64,000 nucleotides of DNA from an archaeon (GCA_028279705.1 JANQNF010000016.1:1-64000); one strand, 5' to 3'; shown: positions 1-9,362, counted from the stretch's first letter. Program-made: numbers and translations. Notes: generated by a model from the letters alone, not told the origin.

Positions 1-205
1 TCGACGTCGAACAACGAGCCATCTTCCATTTCTAGTGGCGTCACTCGCTCTGCGGTAGCTTCGTAATACCACCGACCAGACTCTAGCTCTTTGAACACAG
101 AGCACGGATTGAACTCACCGCAAGGGCAAGGTTCGTGTGTGCCGTCTTCGCAATCACGGATGCTGCAAAGTTTCACTGTCTGATGCTTCATGTAGTGCCT
201 CGTAC

Positions 206-1054
206 TTAGGACTGTTTGCCTGTTTCTTCCATCTCTAGCTGCTGCTCGTCCTCTTCCAAGTCGATATCGTACCAGTCATCATCGAGCAGACCCATGACAT
301 ACTGGAACGGAGCTAGGTGCTCTTCGATTCTGATTCCACTTCGCAACATGCGCTCGGGATGATACTGAACGCCGCCAACGAGCGTGTTGTTCGGACCATC
401 TTCGTGTGACGGCAACGTGAGCATGATAGCTTCCAGCATCTTTGCTTCTTCGTTGCTGCGTGACCATCCGAGAACCGAATCGTCTTCACGAATCCAGTCA
501 CCCTTACGGGTCTTACCCTTCATCATGAAGCCCTGATGGTGGAAAGAGTTAATGGGAATTACTTTACCCATCAACTGTCTCAGGATGCCACGATTGGTCA
601 TCTTGTGAACCGGGTTGTCGCCGGTAATCTCTTTGCCACCCTGCGAGTGAGCAATGGTAACATCCTTGTACTTATTGATTTCCTGCAACAGCGTGAAACC
701 GTTGAAGATACCAATAAGCTGGAAACCGCGACAGATTCCGAAGATAGGCTTGGCACGACGCAAGAAAGCGTAGTAAAGCTGTTTTTCGAAAACATCGCGT
801 ACAATATTGCAGTTCGTAGCACCTTGATAATCAAGGTCTTCGCCGTACAATAATGGGTTGATATCTTTGCCGCCGCTCAGGAGTAGACCGTCCATGCTAT
901 CCGCGATGGCTTCTACGTCCATTTCTGGGCAAACGATGAATGGGCTTGCGCCCGCTGCGACGACGAAGTTCACGTAGTCCATGTTACACATGGCTCGTGT
1001 CATCTGGGGCTTGCCCATGTACTCCATCTCGCACGTTACTGCGATTCTTTTCAT
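206..1054 (-). CDS. class I glutamine amidotransferase-like protein (peptidase C26 / gamma-glutamyl hydrolase-like)
   Basis: 282 aa ORF; nucleophile elbow GICRGFQL, downstream HHQ and QYHPE motifs typical of type-1 GATase/C26 hydrolases. Confidence 0.65.
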   Translation of the reverse strand: MKRIAVTCEMEYMGKPQMTRAMCNMDYVNFVVAAGASPFIVCPEMDVEAIADSMDGLLLSGGKDINPLLYGEDLDYQGATNCNIVRDVFEKQLYYAFLRRAKPIFGICRGFQLIGIFNGFTLLQEINKYKDVTIAHSQGGKEITGDNPVHKMTNRGILRQLMGKVIPINSFHHQGFMMKGKTRKGDWIREDDSVLGWSRSNEEAKMLEAIMLTLPSHEDGPNNTLVGGVQYHPERMLRSGIRIEEHLAPFQYVMGLLDDDWYDIDLEEDEQQLEMEETGKQS

Positions 1055-1377
1055 TGTTTAGTCGATGGCCTTAAGTGGTGAGAAATTCTCTGTATCATTA
1101 CGTTACCGATGCGGTAACTTAAGCCGCCCTCTTGTGGGGGAACTAGTTTTACTTCGTAACTATTCCAAATTTGACCTTTGGTTATACCAACGATTCGTCC
1201 TATGTCCGCCGATATGCCGCTGAGCGGTCCGCCTGTTTCTATGATAACCATTTCGCCTAAAATTAGTTCGTGTTCAAGCGGAAATGGTTTGGCTACATAG
1301 CTTCTACCGCCAATCCGAATTGTTCCAGTGGCATTGTCGCCTAGGAATTTTTTCAGCGCAAGATTTTTGGTCGACAT
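1051..1377 (-). CDS. hypothetical protein
   Basis: 108 aa ORF, start/stop overlap with neighbours on same strand (operon-like tiling). Confidence 0.45.
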   Translation of the reverse strand: MSTKNLALKKFLGDNATGTIRIGGRSYVAKPFPLEHELILGEMVIIETGGPLSGISADIGRIVGITKGQIWNSYEVKLVPPQEGGLSYRIGNVMIQRISHHLRPSTKQ

Positions 1378-1389
1378 AAAAATAGGGCA

Positions 1390-1761
1390 CTAGGACGTGC
1401 CCTTTGTCTTCGCTTTCTTTACTTTGCGGAAAATACACTGAACCGATGACAGTGGTACGTAAGATGGCTGTCTAGACACAACGCTCTTATTCTGCACCCG
1501 TCCAATGAAAGGCAGAATGTTGATTGTGGTAAAAAACCAATCGTGGAATCCTTGTTCCCAATCGGACTCTGTGATGTATCCGATACGAAACTCGTTCTTG
1601 ATGAAGAATCCGATTACGTCTCCGTCTTCCGGGTCATTCTTCCACTTGTATACAGCCCTATAGACGTTTCCGTCTCCTAGAACTATATACAGCTTTTCTT
1701 TCTTGCAGACCTTGCCTAGAATATTAGCGTAGTGGCCTGCAATTGGGTTTACCTTTGACAT
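1390..1761 (-). CDS. hypothetical protein
   Basis: 123 aa ORF tiled between neighbouring minus-strand genes. Confidence 0.45.
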   Translation of the reverse strand: MSKVNPIAGHYANILGKVCKKEKLYIVLGDGNVYRAVYKWKNDPEDGDVIGFFIKNEFRIGYITESDWEQGFHDWFFTTINILPFIGRVQNKSVVSRQPSYVPLSSVQCIFRKVKKAKTKGTS

Positions 1762-1770
1762 TGTGCTTGT

Positions 1771-3390
1771 TTATACAGCAGCTTCTTCCGCCTGATGCTG
1801 GTCGAGCATGTCTTGCTGGAACTGTCTAAGTTTAGGCGAAAGAACATCAACTTCACCTTTAATTCCATAGCTCGGCTGAACCTTCTGGAAGCTATCGAAT
1901 TCTTCGATGGTTCTCTGAGAGATAGTAGCGAAACTTTCGTTCAGCGGCCTGAAACCTTCGAAGTCAGGGTTGTTGCATCGGCGCAATACGGGGTCAAAGT
2001 ACAACACACGAGCATCTTTGTCATCAGATACTTCCGATGTGTGGAATACCGAAGGACCAGTGAAGCACGCAACACCATCGCGTACTAGAACAGTCTTGCC
2101 CGGCACACTCATCTTTGCCGGAGTGTCGGATAGCTTGCAAACGATTTCATCTTCCGAACCAGCAGCACACAACTTGTATGCGCTTGAGAAGATATCTCGT
2201 GTGGAAGTATTACGCAGCCAGCCACCTACACCAAAGATACCCCAGCCGACGCTGTTGAAACCTTCATCGAATAGACCGCCGAAGACGTCGTCAACCTTGT
2301 GGGGGTTCATCGAGTCGCCCTGAATGAATCGAAGGTTAGTGGCGCTGGCACGCTCTGCTCCATCGTGTAGCCCAGCTTCGTATGCCTGTTGGGCGATAAA
2401 CAAACAGTTCTCGTAGAAGTCTCCGCTGTCGGGCCTAGCTACGATGGTTCCCGCTGCTCGCTGTGCCATGGCTTTCAGATGGTTGCGAACAGCACGGTGG
2501 AAGTTGTAGCAGTCGGCAACATAGCTTGCGATACCGCCATTTGTATCAGCACCAAAGATAGCTTCGTAAGCTTCCTCTTCATTTAGATGGCCCTGAACAA
2601 TACGATGAGCAAGAGCCAAGATGCTAGTTCCTGTCGGACGCTCTGCTCCGCGCTCCATAGCAGCAAAAGCCGCATTGAACGTGTCTGTGCCATGGAACAC
2701 CAGCAGGTGAGCCATGCCGAGCAGCTCAGACTCTTCTGCACAAGAGCTTGCCCGCATACCGAAGTCATGAATGAAGAATCGAGCCATCGCATCGAACTCT
2801 TTGATATCGTCGGTGGTCAACTCATCCATGCCGATGTTGTACTCGTTGTATTTGTTTCTACCAAACTCTTCTCGAATTCGGTTTAACCAATGGCGGCAGA
2901 TGGTGGCACGAGCACTCATGGTGCTAACCATGCCAAGCATGACAGCTTCAATGTGTGCAGCAATTTCGCCAAATCCCTTACCCATTGATTCAACCTGCAC
3001 AACCGGTTCGTACGGGAAGAAAGTCGAACCTTCCGGTAGTGCAGTAATACGAATGGGGAGAAAGCCGTGACATTCATCAACGACTCTTCTCCACGTTTTC
3101 TCAGGGAAATGCAGAGGTCCACCAAAGCTATGGGCTGTCGCCATGAATTCTTTGGCAGCGTCAATGTCTTCGTGAGTAATCCTCTCCCACAGATGACGAC
3201 GAACGAACTCACTCAAGCCGTAGAAGACCATACGACTGTCTTCTGCAACATTAAGCAAATCATCTGAATCTAGAGGAGAAATACGGTTGGTCAGATTGTA
3301 CACTGATTTCTCAACCGCGCGTTCGCCAGCAAACGCTTCACCTGAAATGGTGTAGGCATCTGCCAGCATCGGCAAAGGTACTTTTCTCAT
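1771..3390 (-). CDS. nadV: nicotinamide phosphoribosyltransferase (NAMPT/NadV-like)
   Basis: 539 aa; N-terminal MLADAYTISG-like start, HDFGMR, DSGD and IQGDS motifs as in NAMPT family; SD-like AAGGTAGG upstream. Confidence 0.8.
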   Translation of the reverse strand: MRKVPLPMLADAYTISGEAFAGERAVEKSVYNLTNRISPLDSDDLLNVAEDSRMVFYGLSEFVRRHLWERITHEDIDAAKEFMATAHSFGGPLHFPEKTWRRVVDECHGFLPIRITALPEGSTFFPYEPVVQVESMGKGFGEIAAHIEAVMLGMVSTMSARATICRHWLNRIREEFGRNKYNEYNIGMDELTTDDIKEFDAMARFFIHDFGMRASSCAEESELLGMAHLLVFHGTDTFNAAFAAMERGAERPTGTSILALAHRIVQGHLNEEEAYEAIFGADTNGGIASYVADCYNFHRAVRNHLKAMAQRAAGTIVARPDSGDFYENCLFIAQQAYEAGLHDGAERASATNLRFIQGDSMNPHKVDDVFGGLFDEGFNSVGWGIFGVGGWLRNTSTRDIFSSAYKLCAAGSEDEIVCKLSDTPAKMSVPGKTVLVRDGVACFTGPSVFHTSEVSDDKDARVLYFDPVLRRCNNPDFEGFRPLNESFATISQRTIEEFDSFQKVQPSYGIKGEVDVLSPKLRQFQQDMLDQHQAEEAAV

Positions 3391-3393
3391 AAC

Positions 3394-4488
3394 CTACCTT
3401 TTATCTGTGGACGAGATGCGCTGGAATTTCTCATCCATGGTGGCGAATGAGCACAGCGCACGAAGCGTAGGCTCAATCTTTTCAATGTCAGCTTCGTCAG
3501 TTAGACGATGGAACACCAAGAACTTATTGCCATTTTCTTTCATCGCAGCAATAAAATCTTGATATTCGAAGTTTTCGTAGTACCGTTCCCAGTCTCCGAT
3601 ACGGAGAATAGTATCGAACCCAACTACGATAGTGCTATTGTTTAGCCAGCGAGCTTTGTCGCAGAATCTTGCGTTGTTTGAAACCGCAATCCACTGTACG
3701 GGCTTAAACCCATCAATGGCTCCGACTAACTTTAGATATCTCTCCTGAAATTGAAGAATATCTAGGTCTGCTTTGTCCGCGTTTCGTACGCTCAATTCCA
3801 ACATGACCGACTGGCCGGTAATCTCGTGCGCTTTCTGGGCCATGGCTGCGTGGCCGTCGTGCCACGGATTGAACGACCCCGGGAAAAGAACTACGGGAGC
3901 TAAATCCTTTGGTAGTGCCACGGGTACGAATGAACCGTCGTCAGGTCGTGTGAGATTCATGCGAGAACTGCGTGAATCGAACATTTCCCAAATCAGCGGA
4001 CTAGCTTCGATGTACTGCTTTGTATCGTTGAGCTTATTCATTAGACCCAACACTTCACCTAAAGCTAGGTAGATGTAAGAAGTAACAATCTCTTCTTGCT
4101 CTTCTCTGTAGTAGTCATCGCTGAACTCCCTAGTGTAGTAGAATAGAGAGTTTGTACCGCGAATGGCAATGTGGAAGAAATGGCGGCGACCTTCCCGCTC
4201 GGGACCAGCCTTACGCAGAGTAGCTGTGACACCTACGCCGTAGTCGTTTGAGTCGCAGAGTCGATATGCTTTATCTGCAAGAAGCAAAGCGGCCTCCCGA
4301 GAACAATACTTCTCAGGCTGGCCCGCAAAGCAGTCGAATAGCTCAGAAGCATATGGAACCACAGCGCCATTGAAGACGCTACTAGCGCCACCGGGTGCTA
4401 AAAAGCTATCGATGAACTTAGTGCCGCCTCCTGTAATTGCTACAGAAAACTTCTTACCAGCTTCAATGATTTGTTCGCGCAGATTCAT
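3394..4488 (-). CDS. bifunctional PncC/CinA-C-like domain + NMN adenylyltransferase
   Basis: 364 aa; N-terminal VAITGGG...GASSVFNGAVVPYASE resembles CinA-C/PncC (AESCTGG...GFVTYSNE); C-terminal LFPGSFNPWHDGH is the nucleotidyltransferase (H/T)xGH motif of NMNAT. Confidence 0.75.
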   Translation of the reverse strand: MNLREQIIEAGKKFSVAITGGGTKFIDSFLAPGGASSVFNGAVVPYASELFDCFAGQPEKYCSREAALLLADKAYRLCDSNDYGVGVTATLRKAGPEREGRRHFFHIAIRGTNSLFYYTREFSDDYYREEQEEIVTSYIYLALGEVLGLMNKLNDTKQYIEASPLIWEMFDSRSSRMNLTRPDDGSFVPVALPKDLAPVVLFPGSFNPWHDGHAAMAQKAHEITGQSVMLELSVRNADKADLDILQFQERYLKLVGAIDGFKPVQWIAVSNNARFCDKARWLNNSTIVVGFDTILRIGDWERYYENFEYQDFIAAMKENGNKFLVFHRLTDEADIEKIEPTLRALCSFATMDEKFQRISSTDKR

Positions 4489-4772
4489 TTTTCGTTAATC
4501 CTAACAGCCATCTCTCCTTCCACGTCTTCTAAGATTAGAAAGATGCTGTTTCCGTTTAGAACCGTAATCTTTAGATTGGTGACATGGAGTAAGACAAAGT
4601 CTTTGTTTATCCTAGTCACCGTGAATTTAGATTCAGGTGTTGCTTCGGTGATAGTAGTCCACTCACCGTATTTGGCTTTACTCTCTACAGGCTTGTCTAG
4701 CTTGTAGTCAGTCGGTATATCCATGGTGGCACATCCGACTAGGAGTAGGAGCGCAAGCATTAAAGCTTTCAT
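4485..4772 (-). CDS. putative lipoprotein
   Basis: 95 aa; signal peptide with lipobox LLVGC. Confidence 0.5.
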   Translation of the reverse strand: MKALMLALLLLVGCATMDIPTDYKLDKPVESKAKYGEWTTITEATPESKFTVTRINKDFVLLHVTNLKITVLNGNSIFLILEDVEGEMAVRINEK

Positions 4773-4909
4773 AGTTTAGGACAGGGAAAGGTCAGGTCCG
4801 CTTTTTAACGTACGAAAAGCGGCAAAACGTTTTTCGGGATTCCCTGTATCTCAGTCGGCACTTAGTCCGATACGGCCCTATGTAAGCCGCTCGATATCAT
4901 CCCGAATAA

Positions 4910-4985
4910 TGGTGGCGGGGGTGGGACTCGAACCCACGACCTTCAGCGTATGAGGCTGACGAGCTACCAACTGCTCCACCCCGCG
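4910..4985 (-). tRNA. tRNA-Met (CAT), initiator-like
   Basis: 76 nt cloverleaf on minus strand; anticodon loop CUCAUAC; 5' half CGCGGGGUGGAGCAG identical to E. coli tRNA-fMet; unpaired C1:C72; encoded CCA. Confidence 0.8.
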
Positions 4986-4988
4986 GTC

Positions 4989-5234
4989 TTAATCTTTGAA
5001 GAGGTACGGGTAGTACCACATATAGAGGTATTGTCTGATTTCGTAACCAGAAACTTCCCCGTCATCTATAACAACAATCAATGCGCCTACTACACCAACA
5101 AAAGGTGCAATAGTCCAAGAAATGAGACCGTATTGGAATATAGTTACGATGAATTTGACTAGGAATGTTATAAGTTTTGCGATGAAGTCCATTATCCCGG
5201 AATCTTCTTGTATTTGACGTATTCTGCGTTGCAA
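4989..5234 (-). CDS. small membrane protein
   Basis: 81 aa ORF with hydrophobic segments. Confidence 0.4.
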   Translation of the reverse strand: MQRRIRQIQEDSGIMDFIAKLITFLVKFIVTIFQYGLISWTIAPFVGVVGALIVVIDDGEVSGYEIRQYLYMWYYPYLFKD

Positions 5235-5488
5235 TGTAGCTGCAACTCACCACTAACGGGGTCAACAATCTGACCACGAGAATCCCTACTACGCAGAGCG
5301 GTGAACAGAACATCTCGCTGTGTGACGATGCCGTGCGAGTCGAAATGTTCTAACATTAGTTCGAACGTCTCGGCAGCAGGCCCACCGTGGTCTTTCAACT
5401 TCTTTATGAAAGACATAGCAAGATTGAACTTATCAAACTTTGCGTGTTCTCTGTCGCCCAGACCATTTCTATAGAAAACAATGAACAT
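5192..5488 (-). CDS. hypothetical protein
   Basis: 98 aa ORF between tRNA-Met and tmRNA. Confidence 0.4.
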   Translation of the reverse strand: MFIVFYRNGLGDREHAKFDKFNLAMSFIKKLKDHGGPAAETFELMLEHFDSHGIVTQRDVLFTALRSRDSRGQIVDPVSGELQLHCNAEYVKYKKIPG

Positions 5489-5560
5489 TTGTTATGCCCG
5501 ACGTATTAGGGATATAGTAAAGAAACTCTGTTTTCGCAACCCTATTTCTCGGATTATATT

Positions 5561-5953
5561 TGGTGGAGGTGCCGGGAATCGAACCCGGGTGCTGCATAAG
5601 TGTCGGGGTAGGCTCTACACGTTTATCAGGGTCTTTCACACTAACGCAGTTTGGTATACCCTGCAAACTCACTTCGTCGTCCTTAACGTGGACCCATTCG
5701 CCGGTCTATTTCCCGGTGCCATCTGTCTACTTCCAGCGTCACCCGTATTTCTTTTACCTAGGTGATACAGGATACCTAGCGTCGGAACCTTTAGGCTGCG
5801 ACGAGAGCAGGGGTGCCGAGGAGTGCCTCAGCGTCAGCCATGCTCAAAGAGTTGGGAATGCCAACTATTGGTTTAGTCCGTTTTAAGGTAGCCTCGGACC
5901 AACTACCACGTGCTCCTACTTCGTCTTCTTACCAGTCGATACCTTTCACCCCC
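5561..5953 (-). ncRNA. ssrA: tmRNA (SsrA)
   Basis: minus-strand RNA starting GGGGGUGAAAGGUAUCGAC and ending GGUUCGAUUCCCGGCACCUCCACCA (tRNA-like domain); internal tag reading frame GCU GAC ... GUC GCA GCC UAA giving ADAEALLGTPALVAA. Confidence 0.8.
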
Positions 5954-5959
5954 ATGTAT

Positions 5960-6172
5960 CTATACGTCACTTGTTTCTATCAACCATGGCCATAGTAATG
6001 ACTTGAACATCCTGCGCCATCTGGATTCTTTACATCCAATAGTGCTCACGTAGGAAACCCCAGCAACCACGAAATAAGCACCGATAATTGCACACATGAT
6101 TATCGTAAGCCATTCCTGAACAGACAGGCTGTTGTAATTCATGCTATTATTTATGCCACCCCATACGGGCAA
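5960..6172 (-). CDS. small membrane protein
   Basis: 70 aa ORF, one TM helix; weak. Confidence 0.3.
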   Translation of the reverse strand: MPVWGGINNSMNYNSLSVQEWLTIIMCAIIGAYFVVAGVSYVSTIGCKESRWRRMFKSLLWPWLIETSDV

Positions 6173-6629
6173 CAGTGTTTTCTAGAATCTTGAAAAGCTG
6201 AGCGTCAATACCGAAACGGTCTTTCGCCTTCTTGAGACTCTGCATGATGTTACCGTCGTGCTGACGAGCAGAAGAAGCCTTCCAGTCTACCAGCATCTCG
6301 ATAACATCGAGCAAGTCCATATCGTTTACACCCTCCGGATAATGCTCCGGGTGGTGGGTGTTCTTCGCGTAGTGGTGTTCCAGAGCAGGCTTAAGCAGCT
6401 TAAGCGATTCCTGATACTCTGGACTACCATAGGTCAAGCCAGCCAGTCGGGCGCTGAACTCGTCAAAGAGTTCCTTTTCCGGACTGGATAGCTTTGACTG
6501 GTCGTGTTCCAAAGCCCTCTGCTGAAGGTTCTGAATTACTTCCAGAAGCAGACGTTGGACCATATGAATATGCTCCCACGTTGCAGGACGCGAGTCCTTT
6601 CTGGGCTTCTGTCTGCGTTCTTCGTCCAT
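6147..6629 (-). CDS. hypothetical protein
   Basis: 160 aa ORF, His-rich helical protein. Confidence 0.55.
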   Translation of the reverse strand: MDEERRQKPRKDSRPATWEHIHMVQRLLLEVIQNLQQRALEHDQSKLSSPEKELFDEFSARLAGLTYGSPEYQESLKLLKPALEHHYAKNTHHPEHYPEGVNDMDLLDVIEMLVDWKASSARQHDGNIMQSLKKAKDRFGIDAQLFKILENTVARMGWHK

Positions 6630-6630
6630 G

Positions 6631-6966
6631 TTATTTGATATCGTTGAATTTTGCTCTAGGCATTCTATGCCAGAATCTACCCACTTCCTTAAAAGTCGGT
6701 CTATCTTCTAAGGAAGTAATCATCTCTGTATTGAAACCGCGCTTCTTTCTAAAGCGCATGATGATTTTAACGGGAGTTCTTCTCCCGGGCTCTTTAACCG
6801 AAACTGTTCCTTGTTCAATGCGAACAATTCTATAAAGGGCTCGGAGAGCATGGTTGAATTTGCGGTAATACCGTAGACGCTTGGTTCCATCTTGCTTTAC
6901 TGCATTCATAATGAAGTAAGGCTTGGTAGCGTCTAGGTCCGTCTTTTTTACTGCTCTCGGGTCCAT
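6631..6966 (-). CDS. hypothetical protein
   Basis: 111 aa ORF. Confidence 0.5.
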   Translation of the reverse strand: MDPRAVKKTDLDATKPYFIMNAVKQDGTKRLRYYRKFNHALRALYRIVRIEQGTVSVKEPGRRTPVKIIMRFRKKRGFNTEMITSLEDRPTFKEVGRFWHRMPRAKFNDIK

Positions 6967-7139
6967 CCTTGATTATCCAAATCAATCGGGTTTGGCATTT
7001 TTACGTAAATGTCGGTTGCGACGATTTTACCGTCTTTCTCTAGTCGGGAGACAAGACGACCTGTTTCGTCATAACCGACGAAAAGGACCGCGCTAGGGTT
7101 CTTAGTGTGAACGTATCGTCTTAATTTAGATGGTTTCAT
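6948..7139 (-). CDS. hypothetical protein
   Basis: 63 aa ORF. Confidence 0.35.
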   Translation of the reverse strand: MKPSKLRRYVHTKNPSAVLFVGYDETGRLVSRLEKDGKIVATDIYVKMPNPIDLDNQGWTREQ

Positions 7140-7178
7140 TGATTTGAGCGGTAAGTGTATATTATACCCGAATCTGGA

Positions 7179-7442
7179 TTATATTACACTAACTTTCTCT
7201 TGATTTCTGTGCTGAATCAGCACGCGCTCTACGTCCACCACTCGGCTCCCCCACTGGTTGAATTTGTAGCGGAGTAGATAGATAGAGTCTACGCTCAAAT
7301 CATCTTTGCTGAGTTGGACGTTGAATTTACGTTCTCCCTTCAGTCCAACAACAGACCAGACCTTATAGAGTTCGATTACAACGATTACGTGGAATCCTAA
7401 CTCTTCGGCCTTTTTAACGACGTCTTTAGGGAATAGAGTCAT
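7179..7442 (-). CDS. hypothetical protein
   Basis: 87 aa ORF. Confidence 0.45.
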   Translation of the reverse strand: MTLFPKDVVKKAEELGFHVIVVIELYKVWSVVGLKGERKFNVQLSKDDLSVDSIYLLRYKFNQWGSRVVDVERVLIQHRNQEKVSVI

Positions 7443-7449
7443 GGTTCTC

Positions 7450-7758
7450 CTAGAAACCGCAGAACATCCTCTCTACTTTTCGAATGTCTCGGTTTATTTC
7501 GGTCGAATGCCTACTGAAATACGAAACAGAGCAACGACCGCATTCGCCTTTTCTGGCGTCACTAACCGGTCTTACTTTGCACGAACTGCACATAGGCATG
7601 AGGTCGTCTCCCGGTTTTTCCACTGGTTCCCATTTAGGGCATCCGGGTTTTTGGGGGAGTTTAGTCTTAGCCGCTTTAGCTCTAGCTTTTTCAAGCTGCC
7701 TATCGTAGCGACCTTGTGATGACCGTCTTGGTTTTTTACGCTTGCGTCTTCTGCCCAT
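7450..7758 (-). CDS. basic zinc-ribbon protein
   Basis: internal Met start chosen to avoid overlap with 7736..8122; K/R-rich N-terminus, CSSC...CGRC motif. Confidence 0.4.
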   Translation of the reverse strand: MGRRRKRKKPRRSSQGRYDRQLEKARAKAAKTKLPQKPGCPKWEPVEKPGDDLMPMCSSCKVRPVSDARKGECGRCSVSYFSRHSTEINRDIRKVERMFCGF

Positions 7759-8122
7759 CTTTCTTTCTTTCGCCGCAGGTGGGACACACGGCGTTTCTCT
7801 CGGTGGTAGACTTACTGCCATCCCCATCACTAGACCTAGCAAGAATCTTGAGGTAGCCGTTCCACCGAAGCTGGTTGAGAAATCGTTCAATTTCCCGTGC
7901 TTTCTTTATTTGACGATTCACCCGACGTGTCTGTCGAACACTGGGCGTAATGATGATTTTTCCGTCAGTGGTTTTGTAGACTACGCGCAGTTTGTGCTTC
8001 TTAGCATAGTCTTCAGTTTTATTGACAAGAAAAACCCTACCTTGTTTATTTTTGATGAAGAGATTATCGAACTCTTCTTCGTGAAGACACTCCACACCAT
8101 GTTCATCTTTGAAATAACCCAT
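7736..8122 (-). CDS. hypothetical protein
   Basis: 128 aa ORF with C-terminal CPTCG zinc-ribbon-like motif. Confidence 0.5.
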   Translation of the reverse strand: MGYFKDEHGVECLHEEEFDNLFIKNKQGRVFLVNKTEDYAKKHKLRVVYKTTDGKIIITPSVRQTRRVNRQIKKAREIERFLNQLRWNGYLKILARSSDGDGSKSTTERNAVCPTCGERKKDGQKTQA

Positions 8123-8141
8123 GATACTTCTCCGTGATTGC

Positions 8142-8366
8142 TTAACGCGACCGTTTGTTGGCTCGATTAGCTAGACGCTTAACCTCGTCAGCGTTACGAG
8201 CATCGTTGTTGATGATAGCAATTTCCGGTGCGGTTTTGTGTGAGAAAACCATCATACCGGAATATGCAGTAACGTCGGAGCAATCGACGCAACAACGCGG
8301 AACTTTACCTTCGTCAATGAGTTTGGCTCTGGCTTCTGGAATTTCTCGGCCACATACGCAGTTCAT
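8142..8366 (-). CDS. TraR/DksA-like C4 zinc-finger protein
   Basis: 74 aa; CxxC...CCVDC motif pattern. Confidence 0.5.
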   Translation of the reverse strand: MNCVCGREIPEARAKLIDEGKVPRCCVDCSDVTAYSGMMVFSHKTAPEIAIINNDARNADEVKRLANRANKRSR

Positions 8367-8597
8367 GCATTCTCCTCTACAATTAGATGAACCGTGGAGT
8401 CAAGTTTTTGATGCGCTGGTTTTATACTGTCTGACACACAATTGGTCACAACAGTCCTCGCTTCTCTACTCCTCAACTCCACGGGTTTAGCAGACGCGCT
8501 CACGTTCCTGAAATACAGACAGCTTACGACTATGGTATTTCGTTGGCTTGCCCAAGGCTGTCGCGCGTACTGTCTACTGTGGGCGTTCGGTTTCCAT

Positions 8598-8693
8598 CGG
8601 CAGGGCTCGAACCTGCAATGCAGCACAACGTACTACATCGGTGGCACAGACAGTCCACCTGCGTATACCATAGAGATACACCTTGCTTCCTCA
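8598..8693 (-). other. tRNA-like element (non-canonical)
   Basis: minus-strand T-arm GCAGGUUCGAGCCCUGC followed by acceptor-like CGAUGG; complementary CCAUCG about 120 nt upstream; no canonical D/anticodon arms found. Confidence 0.25.
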
Positions 8694-8720
8694 GTGATAT
8701 CTCAATTCCGCCACGATGGC

Positions 8721-9362
8721 TTAGTAGTGTCTTCCGAGCAAGATATCTTTCAATACCCTCTCCAGTTTTTCAACGCAGATATCGTTCGGCAATGACCGAT
8801 ATTCTACACGACCATCGTGGTGTACGTCGTAGAATCCGGGCCTACGCTTAGCTGCTTTGATTTCGTCTGCGAATGCCTCGTCCATCTTCTTGATGAAAGG
8901 AACAAAATCCCACATACTGTTAAAGGGGACGGTGACTCCGTTTTTCGTGTGGGTCAGCGGAGCGGTGATGTTCACATGAAAAGCCGCGATACCTTCTGTC
9001 ATCCTATTACGATGACACGTGTGTCCGTAAAGGTTACGTTCGGTAACGAGGTCTTTCTTAAAGCGACGTCTGGCTAAGTCGCGCAGCTTGCGAGAGATGG
9101 GCATTACGGGTGCTAGCACCGGCTCCCAAGTGAATGTTCCTTCGGGAGTGACCCTTGAACAATTCTTCAAGATACGTGAAAGCCTGACATCCTCTACGTT
9201 CAGAAGATGAATGGCTTCCAGCACATCGTGAGACGGCCTGCTGCGTACTTCGAACAACCACCCACATTCGTCGTGTGGTGCGTGGCTCGGCACGAGAGTA
9301 ATCTCTCCGTCGCTTCTCCGACAGAAATATTCTCGCTCAAAGCCGAACTTGTATCTACTCAT
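8721..9362 (-). CDS. hypothetical protein (candidate GS-like amidoligase)
   Basis: 213 aa; N-terminal KFGFEREYF resembles the Mg-binding first strand of GCS2/YbdK-type carboxylate-amine ligases; weak. Confidence 0.5.
   Translation of the reverse strand: MSRYKFGFEREYFCRRSDGEITLVPSHAPHDECGWLFEVRSRPSHDVLEAIHLLNVEDVRLSRILKNCSRVTPEGTFTWEPVLAPVMPISRKLRDLARRRFKKDLVTERNLYGHTCHRNRMTEGIAAFHVNITAPLTHTKNGVTVPFNSMWDFVPFIKKMDEAFADEIKAAKRRPGFYDVHHDGRVEYRSLPNDICVEKLERVLKDILLGRHY

Noticed and set aside
5469-5995. ORFs 5469..5672(-), 5481..5765(+), 5560..5886(+), 5813..5995(+)
   Set aside because: They lie entirely within the tmRNA gene; no independent coding signal.
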